DNA of 64,000 nt, from positions 4,864,001 to 4,928,000 of the forward strand of contig OY762007.1 of the NCBI GenBank assembly GCA_963665115.1, given 5' to 3'. Position numbers and translations under genes: made by a program. The number at the start of each line of letters is the position of its first letter. Within the stretch, counting starts at the first letter, position 1. The notes below the pieces were generated by a model, which searched no databases, had not been told where the DNA came from, and saw only the letters and a program-made list of their open reading frames with translations. This document shows positions 62,494-64,000 of this stretch, in pieces. The stretch comes from an uncultured Rivularia sp. (GTDB lineage Bacteria; Cyanobacteriota; Cyanobacteriia; Cyanobacteriales; Nostocaceae).

Positions 62494-63690
62494 ATGCATA
62501 CACTTAAGGTTTATTATTGGTGGCAAAGCTTAACACCAATAGCGCGAATCGGCGCGATCGCCGTTGTTGCTCCGCTGTTAGTGATTAACGGTTGGGCGTT
62601 TTCAGTAATTTTTGATTACTTCCACTCGCTGATAGTCATTGTAGCCGGAGCTTCGGTACTAGCGTTTCTGCTCAACTATCCCGTAAGCTGGATGGAGCGT
62701 CAAGGTCTACAGCGCGAACCGATCGCAATTTTAGTATTTTTACTGACTTTATCTATCTTATTAGCGTTAGGTGTTACACTCGTTCCCTTAGCACTTACTC
62801 AAGCTCAACAATTGGTAGCTCGTCTACCAGAATTAATAGATTCGGGGGGACGCAGCCAATTGATGATACTGAACGAAAAAGCAGACGGTTTGGGTTTGCC
62901 AATCAATCTAGATGCTTTACTAGTACAGATTAACGACCGGGTAAAAGGACAATTACAAGCTATTGCCGGACAAGTCTTGAATTTAGCGGTAGTCACGGTA
63001 ACAAGTTTGCTCGATATTGTTCTAACTATGGTTTTAACCTTTTATCTGTTACAGCATGGGGGGGAACTTTGGCAAAGCTTGGTAGGTTGGCTTCCTGCAA
63101 GATTTCGCAACCCTTTTTCGGAGACAGTTCGTCTTAGCTTTCAAAATTTCTTTATCACTCAACTCATTTTATCTATTTGCATGGCCTCAGCCTTAATTCC
63201 GGCATTTTTATGGCTAAAAGTACCTTTTGGTTTACTGTTTGGTTTGACTATCGGTATTATGGCGTTAGTGCCCTTTGGCGGCTCTGTAGGTATTGCCCTT
63301 ACCACATCCTTAGTTGCATTACAAGATTTTTGGATTGGTATGAGGGCATTAATGGCTGCCGTCATCGTACAGCAAATACTAGAAAATATCATTGCTCCAC
63401 GAATTTTAGGTAGCTTTACAGGTTTGAATCCCGTTTGGGTTTTAATTTCTGTATTAACGGGGGCTAGAATCGGTGGATTGTTGGGTGTAATTGTAGCGGT
63501 ACCTAGCGCTGTTGTCATCAAAACAGCAATAGAAGCAGTACGCCCTTCAATTTCTAATTCTAATAAAGATGATATTACTTTGGAACAAAGTGAAGATTCT
63601 TACCAAAAACAAACAGAGGACACTAATTCCGAACTTAGCGTCCCTTCTGTTGATGTAGTTGCACCAAAAACATCTCCTCCGACGGCTTAA
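62494..63690 (+). CDS. AI-2E family transporter
   Basis: LAFLLNYPV, LVPFGG, PRILGSFTGLNP and GLLGVIVAVP motifs. Confidence 0.92.
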   Translation: MHTLKVYYWWQSLTPIARIGAIAVVAPLLVINGWAFSVIFDYFHSLIVIVAGASVLAFLLNYPVSWMERQGLQREPIAILVFLLTLSILLALGVTLVPLALTQAQQLVARLPELIDSGGRSQLMILNEKADGLGLPINLDALLVQINDRVKGQLQAIAGQVLNLAVVTVTSLLDIVLTMVLTFYLLQHGGELWQSLVGWLPARFRNPFSETVRLSFQNFFITQLILSICMASALIPAFLWLKVPFGLLFGLTIGIMALVPFGGSVGIALTTSLVALQDFWIGMRALMAAVIVQQILENIIAPRILGSFTGLNPVWVLISVLTGARIGGLLGVIVAVPSAVVIKTAIEAVRPSISNSNKDDITLEQSEDSYQKQTEDTNSELSVPSVDVVAPKTSPPTA

Positions 63691-63829
63691 TTTAAGTTTG
63701 GTTATCAATTATTACTTTTTATAAGCCTGTAAATAGGTTCTAAAAAGCTAATTTTTCGAGGATTACGAAGCCTTTATTCCTAATATAATTTATCGGTATT
63801 TTATCTTCTTACTATTTCCCGTTCCCTAT

Positions 63830-64000
63830 TCAAGAAACTGGTTCAACAATTGAACCCATAAATAAAATAGTTCCGGTTTGATTATCTCGAATCGTGCAGA
63901 AAAAGGGACGATTCACAATCATTTCAAATGGCTTTTGAGGTAGTTTTGCTGACAACATTCTTATTCCCACTGAAGTTGCGGCAGCAGCCTCCGTTCCCTG
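63830..64000 (-). CDS. Serpin, C-terminal part (gene starts beyond the window)
   Basis: Manual translation QGTEAAAATSVGIRMLSAKLPQKPFEMIVNRPFFCTIRDNQTGTILFMGSIVEPVS*: hinge plus serpin signature. Confidence 0.92.
   Translation of the reverse strand, partial: QGTEAAAATSVGIRMLSAKLPQKPFEMIVNRPFFCTIRDNQTGTILFMGSIVEPVS

Noticed and set aside
618..62541. Recurrent GCGATCGC palindrome
   Set aside because: HIP1, a well-known cyanobacterial genome-wide octamer; useful only as a taxonomic clue

Overview
AT-rich chromosomal window from a heterocyst-forming filamentous cyanobacterium. Rivularia/Calothrix-like is my inference from frequent HIP1 GCGATCGC octamers, heptameric STRR tandem repeats and Nostocales gene order. 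Most of it is housekeeping and accessory genes: cysA, holB-tmk, trxA/rexT, ppgK, eda, phoH-khpA-rpsP-ffh, leuB, pilD, accD, sdhB, cyAbrB, frr-pyrH and an LCP protein. Highlights: (1) an apparently complete IS607-type element (about 24821-27194) with a serine-recombinase TnpA, a 506-aa zinc-finger-less TnpB-like RuvC protein with its own promoter, and readable ends and empty site; (2) a head-to-tail array of six MITE-like cassettes, each preceded by CTAA and carrying exchangeable hairpin cargo (11262-11950); (3) three tandem stand-alone vWA genes plus an Slr1339-like coiled-coil gene; (4) a protease / 7TM-transglutaminase / ATP-grasp ligase operon; (5) a decayed defence islet and two orphan antitoxins. 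Five genes carry +1 homopolymer frameshifts that look like sequencing errors. I found no rRNA, tRNA or CRISPR array. All family assignments come from motif recognition, not database searches.
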